Shown: positions 16,039 to 26,975 of the stretch, one piece after another
How positions within the stretch are numbered: position 1 is the stretch's first letter
Layout: every line of letters begins with the position of its first letter
Source of the DNA: Nitrospirota bacterium
Lineage (GTDB): Bacteria > JACPQY01
Direction of reading: 5' to 3'
Length of the DNA: 27,048 nt
Assembly (NCBI GenBank): GCA_016180645.1
Contig: JACPAV010000013.1
Span: forward strand, 62,001 to 89,048
Position numbers and translations under genes: made by a program
Notes under the pieces: model-generated
The model's database searches: none
What the model saw: only the letters and a program-made list of their open reading frames with translations
What the model was told of the DNA's origin: nothing

Positions 16039-18219
16039 CTATGCGCGAACGCGGCGGGCGGAGACGGGGATGGCGGTCATGATGTGCTGGCCGCTGGAAG
16101 GTTCGATCGCGGCGGAGCCGGAAGGAATCAGCCGGTTCATGTTGGCCTCCGCCAGGCCATGGGGGACTGAAACAACGCCGCTGAGAACGTCCTCGGACGA
16201 CTCCCAGCGGAGACTCACGGCGCCCGATCCATCCCGCCTCAATTCGATGGGCCGGCCGACCATGAGGCCCAAGGCGGAAACCGTCGAGGGATGAAGCAGG
16301 GCCGAGCCGTCTCCGCCACCGGGACCTTCGGATCCGCACCCTCCGCGGCCATCCATGGCGCTCCGGGCACGGCCGGCCGTCCTGGCGCCGTGCCAACTGT
16401 TGTACATGAGGGGCCGTCTACGCCCGATCATGCTGAGGGGAATCCACTCGTTTTTCGGCTCGCTCTTGGATTCCTCCACCCGCGGCCGATCCAGCCATTT
16501 TCGCAATCGTTCCACTTCAGCCTGAAGGACAGGGGTGAAAAGATGAAGCGTGTGGTCGCCGTGCTGTGAGGCGCGGGAGGGCCGACCCTCATGCGTAGGA
16601 GCCGAAACCTTGATCGCCCGGCCACGGCCCTTGCCCTTGCGATCCAGCAGCCGCGAGAGTAGGCCTTGCGCCCGCACAAGCCAGCGGTCGTGGTCCAGAC
16701 GGGCGAGTCGCCGGTGCAGAAAAGTTTTCACGGGACCGCCAACCTTCATCTCCGCAAGAATTCGATACAGGATTTCCCACTCCGATTTCGACTCCCCCGC
16801 CGGCGGCAAGACCGGTTTCGAATAAGAGAGCCACTCCCTGTTCTGGATGACCATCCCGAGTGTCGCGAAATCCGCGCGTTCCAGCCACGTCCGGCCGGGG
16901 AGAACGGCATGGGCCATCTCGGCCGTCTGGCTTCGGAACAAATCGATGACCACCAGCAGGTCCAGTGAGCGAAAGGCTTGCCTTAGCCGGGTCTCATCCG
17001 GGATCGACCATATCGGGTTGCCTGCAATGACCACGAGGGCGCGAATGCGATCGTCCCCAGACGTGAGGATTTCGTCCGCGAGGATTCCTCCTGGAAGGGA
17101 GTCCATGACCGGCACATATCCGCCGATGCGGCTTTTCTGCGTCTGCACGCCGATGCCCAGAATCGGGCCCCATCGACCCATCCGGAGGCCGAGAGGATGG
17201 TACAGCCACCCGCCGGGGCGGTCGACGTTGCCCAACGCCAGCATCGCCGCATGGAGAAGCACATAGGCCAGCGAGCCGAACGGACCGAAATTTACGCCGA
17301 CACTCATGTGCAGGATGGGGGATCGGGCTTTCAAGAAATCCGTCCGAAGGGCTTGGAGCGAATCGCGATCGAGTCCCGTAATGCGTTCCGCCAGCTCCAG
17401 CGGCAGGGAAGGAAGGGCATTCTTGAGATCGCCGAGTGAGGGAGTTTCCCGGATGGCCGCGGCCCAGCCCTGCGTGGCAGACAACTCGTGGATCAACCAC
17501 GTTAGCAACGCGATGTCGGTTCCGGGGCGGATGGGAAGATGGCGGCCGCAGGTGCGGACGCTCTCGGACCGCCGCGGATCGACCCACCACACCCGGCCGC
17601 CGCGCTTCTCGATGGCCCGGATTCTCTGCATGGCATCCGGGAGAAACATGAAGCTCCCTTTGCTGACCATCGGATTCATACCGATAATGACCGCCAGGTC
17701 GCACGAGTCCAGATCCGGGATCGGATGGATGGCGCCATGACCGTAGATTTCGCCCGCGGCCCAGAATTTGTTGTTGCAATCCTGTGGGCCGGAGGTGAAC
17801 GAGTTCCGCGTGCCGAGGGCCTTGGTGAATGCCGCCGTTGCAAGCAAGGTCATGAGACCGAACCCGGCGGGCTCGCCCATGTACATGCCGATGCTGTGGG
17901 GGCCGTGCTCCCTATGAATACGGCCCAACGTCGCCCCGATGTGGTCAAAGGCCTTCTCCCATGAGGTGGGAGCGAGTGCCCCGTCCGAATCCCGGAGAAG
18001 GGGTTGCAGAAGTCTGGAAGGATGCCTGGCCGTTCCGAGGAATTGAGTGCCCTGCGCACAGGCAAATCCATGGGTGCCTGGATGCTCCTTGTCCGGCCGC
18101 AGGCCGACGGGATTTCCAGCGGAGTCCCGAACAACAACGAGTCCGCATCCCGGCTCGCAGATTCTGCAAAACGTGTGGGGAACCGGGCCGCTCCCTCTTC
18201 CGTTGGCCGAATCAACCAT
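16039..18219 (-). CDS. Molybdopterin-dependent oxidoreductase (DMSO reductase/MopB superfamily), substrate unknown
   Basis: N-terminal [4Fe-4S] motif CRICEPGC...C; GMNPMVSKG, VDPRRSES, IRPGTD, IAGNP, IDLFRSQTAEMAHAVLP, WLER; C-terminal molybdopterin-binding domain (RR..YNSW, GVVSVPHG); no Tat signal. Confidence 0.9.
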   Translation of the reverse strand: MVDSANGRGSGPVPHTFCRICEPGCGLVVVRDSAGNPVGLRPDKEHPGTHGFACAQGTQFLGTARHPSRLLQPLLRDSDGALAPTSWEKAFDHIGATLGRIHREHGPHSIGMYMGEPAGFGLMTLLATAAFTKALGTRNSFTSGPQDCNNKFWAAGEIYGHGAIHPIPDLDSCDLAVIIGMNPMVSKGSFMFLPDAMQRIRAIEKRGGRVWWVDPRRSESVRTCGRHLPIRPGTDIALLTWLIHELSATQGWAAAIRETPSLGDLKNALPSLPLELAERITGLDRDSLQALRTDFLKARSPILHMSVGVNFGPFGSLAYVLLHAAMLALGNVDRPGGWLYHPLGLRMGRWGPILGIGVQTQKSRIGGYVPVMDSLPGGILADEILTSGDDRIRALVVIAGNPIWSIPDETRLRQAFRSLDLLVVIDLFRSQTAEMAHAVLPGRTWLERADFATLGMVIQNREWLSYSKPVLPPAGESKSEWEILYRILAEMKVGGPVKTFLHRRLARLDHDRWLVRAQGLLSRLLDRKGKGRGRAIKVSAPTHEGRPSRASQHGDHTLHLFTPVLQAEVERLRKWLDRPRVEESKSEPKNEWIPLSMIGRRRPLMYNSWHGARTAGRARSAMDGRGGCGSEGPGGGDGSALLHPSTVSALGLMVGRPIELRRDGSGAVSLRWESSEDVLSGVVSVPHGLAEANMNRLIPSGSAAIEPSSGQHIMTAIPVSARRVRA

Positions 18220-18228
18220 GCTTCGGGA

Positions 18229-18257
18229 ACACTACGATTACCCGCCGGCGATGTAAA
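18229..18257 (-). promoter_or_regulatory. sigma70-type promoter with a very short leader
   Basis: Minus strand TTTACA-17 nt-TAGTGT-9 nt-ATG (18219); no SD. Confidence 0.55.
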
Positions 18258-18296
18258 GATGAGTCGCCGGGGAGGCGCACTCCCTGCCGGAAGGTT

Positions 18297-18839
18297 CTAT
18301 CCGCCTTCAGCCGTGAAGCCGAGGTCTTTTCCCGGTTCGGGAGGCAGGTTCAGAATGTCCCGAGGGAAGAGATCCACGATGAAGTTCACGATGTCTTTCA
18401 CCGAAACCACGCCGACCGGCCGATTATCCTTATCCACGATCGGAACGTGCCGGAAACCGCCTACGCTCATCTTGTTGAGGGCAAACACGATGGGATCGTC
18501 GAGTCCCAGGGTCTCCGGGGCACGAGTCATCACGGTCTCCACTCGGGTTCGGTGCTGATCCAACTTCGTCGCCGCGATCTTTAGCAAGACATCCCGCTCG
18601 CTGAAAATCCCGGTCAACCGTCCGTCATCCACCACCAAGACACAGCCCGTGTTCCGGTCCTTCATCTTCGCGACCGCCTCCTCGACCCGTGCGCCCACTT
18701 CGACGCAGACCGGTGTTCGAGGCTTGAGCGTGCGAATGGCTTTCTCGGTAATGGCTTGCTCGATGGCGGGACGGTCTTCCTCCCGCCGGAGTTGACTCTG
18801 CACTTCGAGATCCTCGTCGACAAACTGTTCCAGCGACAT
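18297..18839 (-). CDS. Stand-alone tandem CBS-domain protein
   Basis: GCVLVVDDGRLTGIFSERD, VMTRAPETL, GGFRHVPIVD..PVGVVSVKDI; strong SD GGAGGTGG; TTGACA at 18886-18891 on the minus strand. Confidence 0.92.
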   Translation of the reverse strand: MSLEQFVDEDLEVQSQLRREEDRPAIEQAITEKAIRTLKPRTPVCVEVGARVEEAVAKMKDRNTGCVLVVDDGRLTGIFSERDVLLKIAATKLDQHRTRVETVMTRAPETLGLDDPIVFALNKMSVGGFRHVPIVDKDNRPVGVVSVKDIVNFIVDLFPRDILNLPPEPGKDLGFTAEGG

Positions 18840-18971
18840 AACCCACCTCCCCTATGAATCCAGTGTCGTCCCGGATGGCCCGACCTGTCAAGGAGCGGAA
18901 ACCTGAAAATTCGCAGTTGAAAATCGGTCCGTAGTCGCCCCGTGGTGTTTGTGTTAGGATGGGTTGGGCAA

Positions 18972-20846
<1,875 letters not shown>

Positions 20847-20909
20847 GAGAGGGTCCCGGTCCGGCCGGATTCATGGGTTGATGGATTCCGCAGGGGAATC
20901 CATGAACGT

Positions 20910-21818
20910 ATGAATCGGGCGAGTACGGCGCTGAAGCATTGGGGACAAACCTACCGGCCTACGCACCATGCGATAGCGCCGCTGGAGTGGGGGAAGTGGC
21001 GGTTTTCCTTCGAGCGAACGGTGCCCTACATCATGGGCATCCTCAATGTGACCCCCGACTCCTTTTCGGACGGCGGCCTCTACGCGGATGTGGACCAGGC
21101 GGTTGAGCATGGTCTCCGAATGGAAGAGGAGGGAGCGGACCTCCTCGACGTTGGCGGCGAGTCTACAAGGCCCGGCTCCGAGCGCATCCCAGCCGAGGAG
21201 GAGATGCGGCGAATTCTTCCTGCCATCGAGCGGCTGGCCGGTCGACTGCGCATCCCCCTCTCAGTGGATACCTTCAAGCCTGAAGTGGCCCGCGAGGCTC
21301 TGCGATGCGGCGCCTCCTTGGTGAATTGCGTCGGGGCGTTCGACATGGGCGCGGACATGCCGAAGGTCGTGGCCGAGGCCGACGTTCCGGTCATCCTCAT
21401 GCACATGCAGGGCACCCCGGAAACCATGCAGCGAAGCCCTTCGTACCGGGACGTTGTTGAGGATATCCGAACGACTCTCCTCCGCGCGGCCGGAAGGGCC
21501 CAGGCGGCGGGTGTGCCCTCGAGCCGGGTAGTGATTGACCCGGGCATCGGCTTCGGAAAGACGCAGGATCACAATCTCGATATTGTCCGACGGACATCGG
21601 CGTTTTCTTCGTTGGGCTTCCCCGTCCTCGTGGGGCCTTCGCGCAAGAGTTTCATCGGGAACGTAGTGGGGAAGGACGTTCAAGACCGGGACGACGGCAC
21701 GCTGGCGGTGGTGGCGTGGGCTGCGCTCCAGGGCGTTCAATTCGTGAGAGTTCACGATGTGCGGCGGACGCGCAATGTGCTGAAAATGATGGAGGCCTTG
21801 ATTCATGGCGCCGACTGA
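20910..21818 (+). CDS. folP: Dihydropteroate synthase
   Basis: IMGILNVTPDSFSDGG, DVGGESTRPG, SVDTFK, DPGIGFGK, SRKSF, VRVHDV. Confidence 0.97.
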   Translation: MNRASTALKHWGQTYRPTHHAIAPLEWGKWRFSFERTVPYIMGILNVTPDSFSDGGLYADVDQAVEHGLRMEEEGADLLDVGGESTRPGSERIPAEEEMRRILPAIERLAGRLRIPLSVDTFKPEVAREALRCGASLVNCVGAFDMGADMPKVVAEADVPVILMHMQGTPETMQRSPSYRDVVEDIRTTLLRAAGRAQAAGVPSSRVVIDPGIGFGKTQDHNLDIVRRTSAFSSLGFPVLVGPSRKSFIGNVVGKDVQDRDDGTLAVVAWAALQGVQFVRVHDVRRTRNVLKMMEALIHGAD

Positions 21819-22674
21819 TTTGTGGGCATGGATGAAAGACCATCTGGTCGATGCGCTCGACATCTACATCATCGCCTATCTCATCTATCGCATCATCCTC
21901 ATGCTTCGGGGTACGCGCGCGGTGCGGATTCTGTTCGGCCTCGTCGTCATGATTCTTTCCTACTTCATCTCGCAGCGGCTTGGACTCGTTGCCACGAGCT
22001 GGTTGCTGGGTAATTTTCTTCTGTACGCCGTGCTGATCGTGGTGATCATTTTTCAGAACGAAATCCGGCGCGCCCTGTGGGAGTTCGGACGTACACCCCA
22101 CTGGTTCGATGTCGGCTCTCGAAGCGGAGTGCAGGAGTTGGAGGAAATCATTCAGGGAGTTCACCAACTGGCCTCACGGCGCGTGGGCGCGCTGGTGGCC
22201 ATCGAGCGAAGCGTGGGCCTCCGGGATTATGTCGAGGCGGCGACCACCGTGGATGCCAAAGTCAGCAAGGAACTGCTGGCGTCCATTTTCCATCCGACCT
22301 CGCCGCTGCATGACGGCGCGGTGATCGTGCAAAAACGCCGTCTGGCTGCGGCAGGATGCCTGCTTCCGTTGAGTCATGCGGCGGATCTGGATCCGGTCCT
22401 GGGCACCCGACATCGCGCGGCGTTGGGCTTGGCGGAGGAGACGGACGCGATCGTAGTGGTGGTGTCGGAGGAGACGGGTACAGTGTCATTGGCCGTGGAT
22501 GGGGAACTGAGGCGGAATCTGGAAGCGGGGCGACTGCGAGATGATCTGTACCGGCTGCTCACCGAACCCGTGAAGAAGCCTGTCAAAGTGCGGTCGCCGG
22601 AGGAGTCGAAGGAACGGGCGGGTTCGGCCGAATCGGGACCGCTGGCCGCAAGAACGGAGGAGTCGGAAATATAG
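21805..22674 (+). CDS. cdaA: Diadenylate cyclase CdaA/DacA (c-di-AMP synthase)
   Basis: Three N-terminal TM helices, FQNEIRRAL, catalytic LHDGA and GTRHRAA motifs, VVSEETG. Confidence 0.95.
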   Translation: MAPTDLWAWMKDHLVDALDIYIIAYLIYRIILMLRGTRAVRILFGLVVMILSYFISQRLGLVATSWLLGNFLLYAVLIVVIIFQNEIRRALWEFGRTPHWFDVGSRSGVQELEEIIQGVHQLASRRVGALVAIERSVGLRDYVEAATTVDAKVSKELLASIFHPTSPLHDGAVIVQKRRLAAAGCLLPLSHAADLDPVLGTRHRAALGLAEETDAIVVVVSEETGTVSLAVDGELRRNLEAGRLRDDLYRLLTEPVKKPVKVRSPEESKERAGSAESGPLAARTEESEI

Positions 22675-23327
22675 TGGGACGGGTCCGTAGGTTCTTCCTG
22701 GGCAATCTGACCGAGAAACTGGTGGCGTTGGCGCTGGCGCTTCTGGTCTATGGCTTTGTATTCGGGCAAAGCCCCGTCGAGCAGACGGTCCGCGTGCCGA
22801 TACAACTGGAAAATTTGCCGCCGAAGTTCATCGTGTCCAAACTGGCGGTCCATAACGTGGATTTGCGGCTCAGCGCTCCCAAGACGCTCTTGGTCGGCCT
22901 GGAGGAGAGGAACCTCCGCGCGAACATAGACCTTTCAAAGTCAGCCACCGGTTTCCAGACCTACCTGTTTTCGCAAAAGAACTTCAGCGTGCCGCGGGGG
23001 ATCAAGCTGGATAGCATTTCGCCTCCGGAGATCAGTTTTTTCGTGGATGAGCTGACCTCCAAGGTCGTCCCGGTTGCGCCCAACTTCACGAATCGGCTTC
23101 CGGAAGGGTACGAACTGGAATCGGCGGAAGTCACACCGAAGGAGATCGAGATCTACGGGGCGAAGCAGGAGGTGTCGCAGACCGACGAGATCCCGACACA
23201 GCCCATTGATCTTTCGACCTTGCGGGAGGATGCACAGCTTTCGGTGAATCCTGAACTCATCTCCCCCGACGTGAAAATGAGCTTCGGCGGCCGCGTCCAG
23301 GTCAGCCTGAGGATCCGGAAGAATTAG
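22674..23327 (+). CDS. cdaR: CdaR/YbbR-domain regulator of diadenylate cyclase
   Basis: N-terminal TM anchor after NLTEKL, then about two YbbR-like beta repeats (VPIQLENLP, PEGYEL..VTP..I.IYG, TQPIDL); start overlaps cdaA stop (TAGTG). Confidence 0.85.
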   Translation: MGRVRRFFLGNLTEKLVALALALLVYGFVFGQSPVEQTVRVPIQLENLPPKFIVSKLAVHNVDLRLSAPKTLLVGLEERNLRANIDLSKSATGFQTYLFSQKNFSVPRGIKLDSISPPEISFFVDELTSKVVPVAPNFTNRLPEGYELESAEVTPKEIEIYGAKQEVSQTDEIPTQPIDLSTLREDAQLSVNPELISPDVKMSFGGRVQVSLRIRKN

Positions 23328-23418
23328 TCGGTTCAGTAGCCCGGCAAGTTCATGGGCTGGATCTACAGGGTCGGTCGTTGTGCCTCCCACGGCTTTGAGC
23401 ACTGAGTCTGTTTGTCTC

Positions 23419-24333
23419 ATGGGGTTTCCGGCTTTGGAATTGAAGGATAACTCCATGCGGGTAGTCGTGATTCCGGAATGGGGGGGGAAGATCGCGTCGC
23501 TCGTGGATCTCCGGAGGGGGCAGGAGTGGCTGTACACGAATCCGAATATCAAGCCAAGGCGTCCGGAATACGGGGCGAGCTACGTGCAGGATTTCGACAT
23601 CGGCGGGTTTGACGAGTGCTTCCCCACCGTGGGGGCCTGCAACTATCCATCCGGCCCATGGAAGGGGGTTCCGATTCCGGATCATGGAGAGGTTTGGTCG
23701 TCGCCCTGGGAGTCGGCTCCTGCCGAGGGGGGGGTGCGGCTTGCCGTGAAGGGGCGGGCTCTTCCGTACAAACTTGAAAAATCCATTCGCCTTCTGGGCG
23801 ATGGCAGGGTCCGAATGGAATATCGTGCGGAGAATCTCTCCTCCGATCCGATGCCGTTTGTTTGGAGCAGTCACCCCCTGCTTAATATCAAGCCTGGAAT
23901 GACGCTTTCTGTTCCGGCCCGGTTCATGCGCGTAGACTCCGCTCCGGCATTTCCGGCCAAGTCGGGAGACACCCTCTCATGGCCTCGGTTCGAAGGTCTG
24001 GACCTGGGCCTCATAGCTGAGCGGGAAGCCGGGATGGCGGTCAAGCTGTACAGTCAATCGCTTGAAGAGGGATGGGCCGAACTGTCCGATCCCAACGACG
24101 GTGCGTCGATTCGGTTTGAGTTCGATCCCGGACAGGTCACACACGTTGGGTTATGGCTGAACTATGGTGGCTGGGCCGGCGTGCCCGGCGCCGCTCCCTA
24201 TTTCAATCTCGGACTTGAGCCGTGCATCGGCGATAGTGACTCGCTGGAGGCGTCGGTGGCCCGATCAGGTGCGCACGCAGTTCTACCTCCTAGGGGAACT
24301 CGCGAATGGTGGATCGAGCTTAGGCTTTCTTGA
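23419..24333 (+). CDS. Galactose mutarotase-like / DUF5107-type aldose epimerase-fold protein
   Basis: RVVVIPEWGGKIASL, GGFDECFPT, PDHGEVWS, FVWSSHPLL, GLEP provide the His/His/Glu set typical of the mutarotase fold. Start is ATG 23419 or GTG 23380. Confidence 0.8.
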   Translation: MGFPALELKDNSMRVVVIPEWGGKIASLVDLRRGQEWLYTNPNIKPRRPEYGASYVQDFDIGGFDECFPTVGACNYPSGPWKGVPIPDHGEVWSSPWESAPAEGGVRLAVKGRALPYKLEKSIRLLGDGRVRMEYRAENLSSDPMPFVWSSHPLLNIKPGMTLSVPARFMRVDSAPAFPAKSGDTLSWPRFEGLDLGLIAEREAGMAVKLYSQSLEEGWAELSDPNDGASIRFEFDPGQVTHVGLWLNYGGWAGVPGAAPYFNLGLEPCIGDSDSLEASVARSGAHAVLPPRGTREWWIELRLS

Positions 24334-25477
24334 GGGGAATCAATTCGGTTCCCCCCGAGGGCGAACAAGGGTACAGGTCGGGAGCAATTCCCGTCGAGAC
24401 TTCGTAGCCCTTCGCAACGTCACGGCAGAAGCGGTCAACCTCGGTCTCCTGAACGAGGGCGATGGCGCAACCCCCGAAGCCGGCCCCGGTCATTCGTGCC
24501 CCGTGGCAAGAGGGTTGAGCACACGCGATCTCGACCATCGTGTTGAGTTCTCGCGTGGACACCTCGAAGCCGTCCCTCAGCGAAGCATGACTGGTGTTCA
24601 TCAGTCTGCCCAAAAGGCCGGCGTTTCCGTGTCGCATCGCATCGACGGCTTCCAGCGTTCGGGCGTTCTCCGAAATAACGTGGCGGGCGCGCCGGCGGGC
24701 CGCATCATCGAGGGTCTCCTCGGAGTGTTTCAGCCGTGCTTCGTCGATCTGGCGGAGCGAGCGGACCCCCATCGTTCGTGCCGCACGCTCGCAACTGCCC
24801 CGTCTCTCGTTGTACTCCGAGTCCACCAACCCCCGCCTCGTCTTGGTATCCATCACCACGACGACGGTTCCCCGTGGGAGCGGCACATGCTGAAGCTCCA
24901 GGCTTCGGCAATCGATGAGGAGGGCATGCCCCGCCGCGGCAGCGGAGGAAACAAGCTGATCCATGATCCCGCAGTTCACGCCGACCCATCGATTCTCCGC
25001 TTTCTGACAGAGGAGAGCTGTCTTCATAGGATCCCAAGACAACGCGGACACCTCGGCGAAAACCCTTGCGGCGGCCAACTCCAGCGCCGCCGATGAGGAA
25101 AGCCCGGCGCCCCGTGGCACGTCTCCGGACATCACGCCTTCCCACCCGTGGATCGGAGTTCCATCAAGGGTCAGCGCCCACGCTACGCCCTTGATGTATT
25201 CGCCCCATTCAGGCCCCCCCTTCGCGAGTCCATCGAGCGAAAATTCGATCGTCTCGTTGAAGTCGATCGAATGAACTTTCACTCGGAGGTCGTTCCTCGC
25301 ACGAAACGCGATCCAGACCGCACGATCAATGGCCATCGGAAGGACGAACCCTTCATTGTAGTCCGTATGCTCCCCGATCAGGTTGACGCGCCCGGGAGCA
25401 CGGGCTACCGCGGTGGCCGGACCGCCGAAGCGCATCTTGAACGTCTCCTCCACTTTGTTTTTCATCTCGGAGATCAC
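24320..25477 (-). CDS. galK: Galactokinase
   Basis: [47 protein letters not shown] overlap with galT (alternative ATG 25465). Confidence 0.97.
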   Translation of the reverse strand: MISEMKNKVEETFKMRFGGPATAVARAPGRVNLIGEHTDYNEGFVLPMAIDRAVWIAFRARNDLRVKVHSIDFNETIEFSLDGLAKGGPEWGEYIKGVAWALTLDGTPIHGWEGVMSGDVPRGAGLSSSAALELAAARVFAEVSALSWDPMKTALLCQKAENRWVGVNCGIMDQLVSSAAAAGHALLIDCRSLELQHVPLPRGTVVVVMDTKTRRGLVDSEYNERRGSCERAARTMGVRSLRQIDEARLKHSEETLDDAARRRARHVISENARTLEAVDAMRHGNAGLLGRLMNTSHASLRDGFEVSTRELNTMVEIACAQPSCHGARMTGAGFGGCAIALVQETEVDRFCRDVAKGYEVSTGIAPDLYPCSPSGGTELIPLKKA

Positions 25478-26493
25478 GCCACGCCCGTTCGGTCACTGGT
25501 CACGGAGCGCAGTCGTGCGGCCGCCTCTTCGGCGGTAAGGTCCCGCTGGGCCTCGGCGAGCATTTCGTAGCCCACCATGAATTTCTTCACGGTGGCCGAG
25601 CGGAGGAGGGGCGGATAAAAATGAGCGTGGAGCTGCCAGTGGGGTTGATCGTCGCCGGCGCCCGGGGCTCCGTGCCATCCCATCGAATACGGAAAGGACA
25701 CTCCAAACAGGTTGTCATACTTCACCAGGAGTTCCCTCAGAATCGCGGCTAGGGCATGACATGAGGCTGTCTCCAACTGCGGGAGGTGCGGCACAGGCCG
25801 GCGGGGCAGCAGCAAGGTCTCGAACGGCCAGACGGCCCAGAACGGAACCACAACGACCCAGTGATCGTTCGCCAAAACGATGCGATGCGCCGCTGCCGCC
25901 TCCAGCTCCGCGTAGTCCACCAGCAAAGGCGCGCGATGGGCCTCGAAATAGTCTCTCTGAGCGCGGTCTTCCTTCTCAGCTTCATTGGGCCGATTCGATT
26001 GAGCCCAGATCTGTCCGTGGGGATGCGGATTGGAGCACCCCATGATCTCCCCCTTGTTCTCGAACACCTGAACCCAATGATATTGTCTCGAAAGCTCCGT
26101 GACCTCGTTTCTCCACGTGTCGATGACCCCCCGCATTTCCGCAACCTCCATCTGGGCCAGCGTCAAGTCATGCCGGGGGGAGAAGCAGATTACCCTGCAG
26201 CAGCCGGGCTCAACCCGGAACTGGAGGAGGGGATGCGCGGGCGGACCGGCAGGATTCGCGCGATGGGTGAGGGCCGGATAGTCGTTGTCGAACACGTACG
26301 TGTTTACGTACGCCGGGTTGACCGCCCCTCCGGCCCTCTTGTTTCCAGGACAGAGGTAGCACGACGGATCGTAGGGAGGCCGCTGAACCGACAGCGGCGG
26401 ATCAATCTGACCCAGCCAGGGGCGTTCCGTCCGCTGTGGCGACACGAGAATCCACTCTCCGGTGAGGGGATTGCGCCGCCGATGGGGGGTCAT
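25474..26493 (-). CDS. galT: Galactose-1-phosphate uridylyltransferase
   Basis: [59 protein letters not shown] 26493 is preferred because ATG 26502 lies inside the predicted -10. Confidence 0.97.
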   Translation of the reverse strand: MTPHRRRNPLTGEWILVSPQRTERPWLGQIDPPLSVQRPPYDPSCYLCPGNKRAGGAVNPAYVNTYVFDNDYPALTHRANPAGPPAHPLLQFRVEPGCCRVICFSPRHDLTLAQMEVAEMRGVIDTWRNEVTELSRQYHWVQVFENKGEIMGCSNPHPHGQIWAQSNRPNEAEKEDRAQRDYFEAHRAPLLVDYAELEAAAAHRIVLANDHWVVVVPFWAVWPFETLLLPRRPVPHLPQLETASCHALAAILRELLVKYDNLFGVSFPYSMGWHGAPGAGDDQPHWQLHAHFYPPLLRSATVKKFMVGYEMLAEAQRDLTAEEAAARLRSVTSDRTGVA

Positions 26494-26500
26494 GGGCGCC

Positions 26501-26529
26501 ATTGTTCATGTGGGAGCTGCCCCCGTCAA
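26501..26529 (-). promoter_or_regulatory. sigma70-type leaderless promoter of galTK
   Basis: Minus strand TTGACG-17 nt-AACAAT-7 nt-ATG (26493). Confidence 0.5.
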
Positions 26530-26546
26530 CCCCGCACCCAAGTTGG

Positions 26547-26599
26547 TGTGGTAGTTCAGTGAAAATGTCCTCCTGTAACTGTTCAGTGATTCTGTCCTC
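26547..26599 (+). repeat. Two 19-bp direct repeats following a TGT; possible IS-end remnant or operator pair
   Basis: GTTCAGTGAAAATGTCCTC (26554-26572) and GTTCAGTGATTCTGTCCTC (26581-26599), 16/19 identical, 27-bp period; TGT at 26547. Confidence 0.6.
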
Positions 26600-26709
26600 T
26601 TTCTTCGTGACCGAGAGGATCTTTGGAAAGGAGATTATCTTAACCCGATTTACATGGACCGGCACGGGATCTTCCGCCGCAACGACGCCCACTGGACGCG
26701 GGAGGAAGC

Positions 26710-26975
26710 GTAGGGGAGGGTCTTCAGACCTTCCCGACAAGAGGGAGCAAGTAGGGGAGGGTCTTCAGACCTTCCCGACAAGAGGGAGCAAGTAGGGGAG
26801 GGCCTTCAGGCCCTCCCGAAAGAGGGAGCAAGTAGGGGAGGGTCTTCAGACCTTCCCGACAAGAGGGAGCATCTGAAGTAGGGGAGGGTCTTCAGACCCT
26901 CCCGACAAGAGGGAGCAAGTAGGGGCGGATCTTTAGATCCGCCCCTCTTGGGAGCATCTGAAGATGCTCCCCTAC
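26710..26975. repeat. Tandem array of GTAG-type REP hairpins ending in an inverted REP doublet (REPIN/BIME-like)
   Basis: Units start at 26710, 26751, 26792, 26832, 26878 and 26919; consensus GTAGGGGAGGGTCTTCAGACCYTCCC-GACAAGA-GGGAGCAA; ends with inverted GGGAGCATCTGAAGATGCTCCCCTAC. Confidence 0.9.

Noticed and set aside
24164..25096. 310-aa plus-strand ORF
   Set aside because: Antisense shadow of galK with no domain signature
26710..26975. CRISPR array
   Set aside because: Inter-repeat segments are only about 15-20 nt and nearly identical rather than unique spacers; no cas genes are in view; the GTAG-hairpin and inverted terminal copy fit REPs
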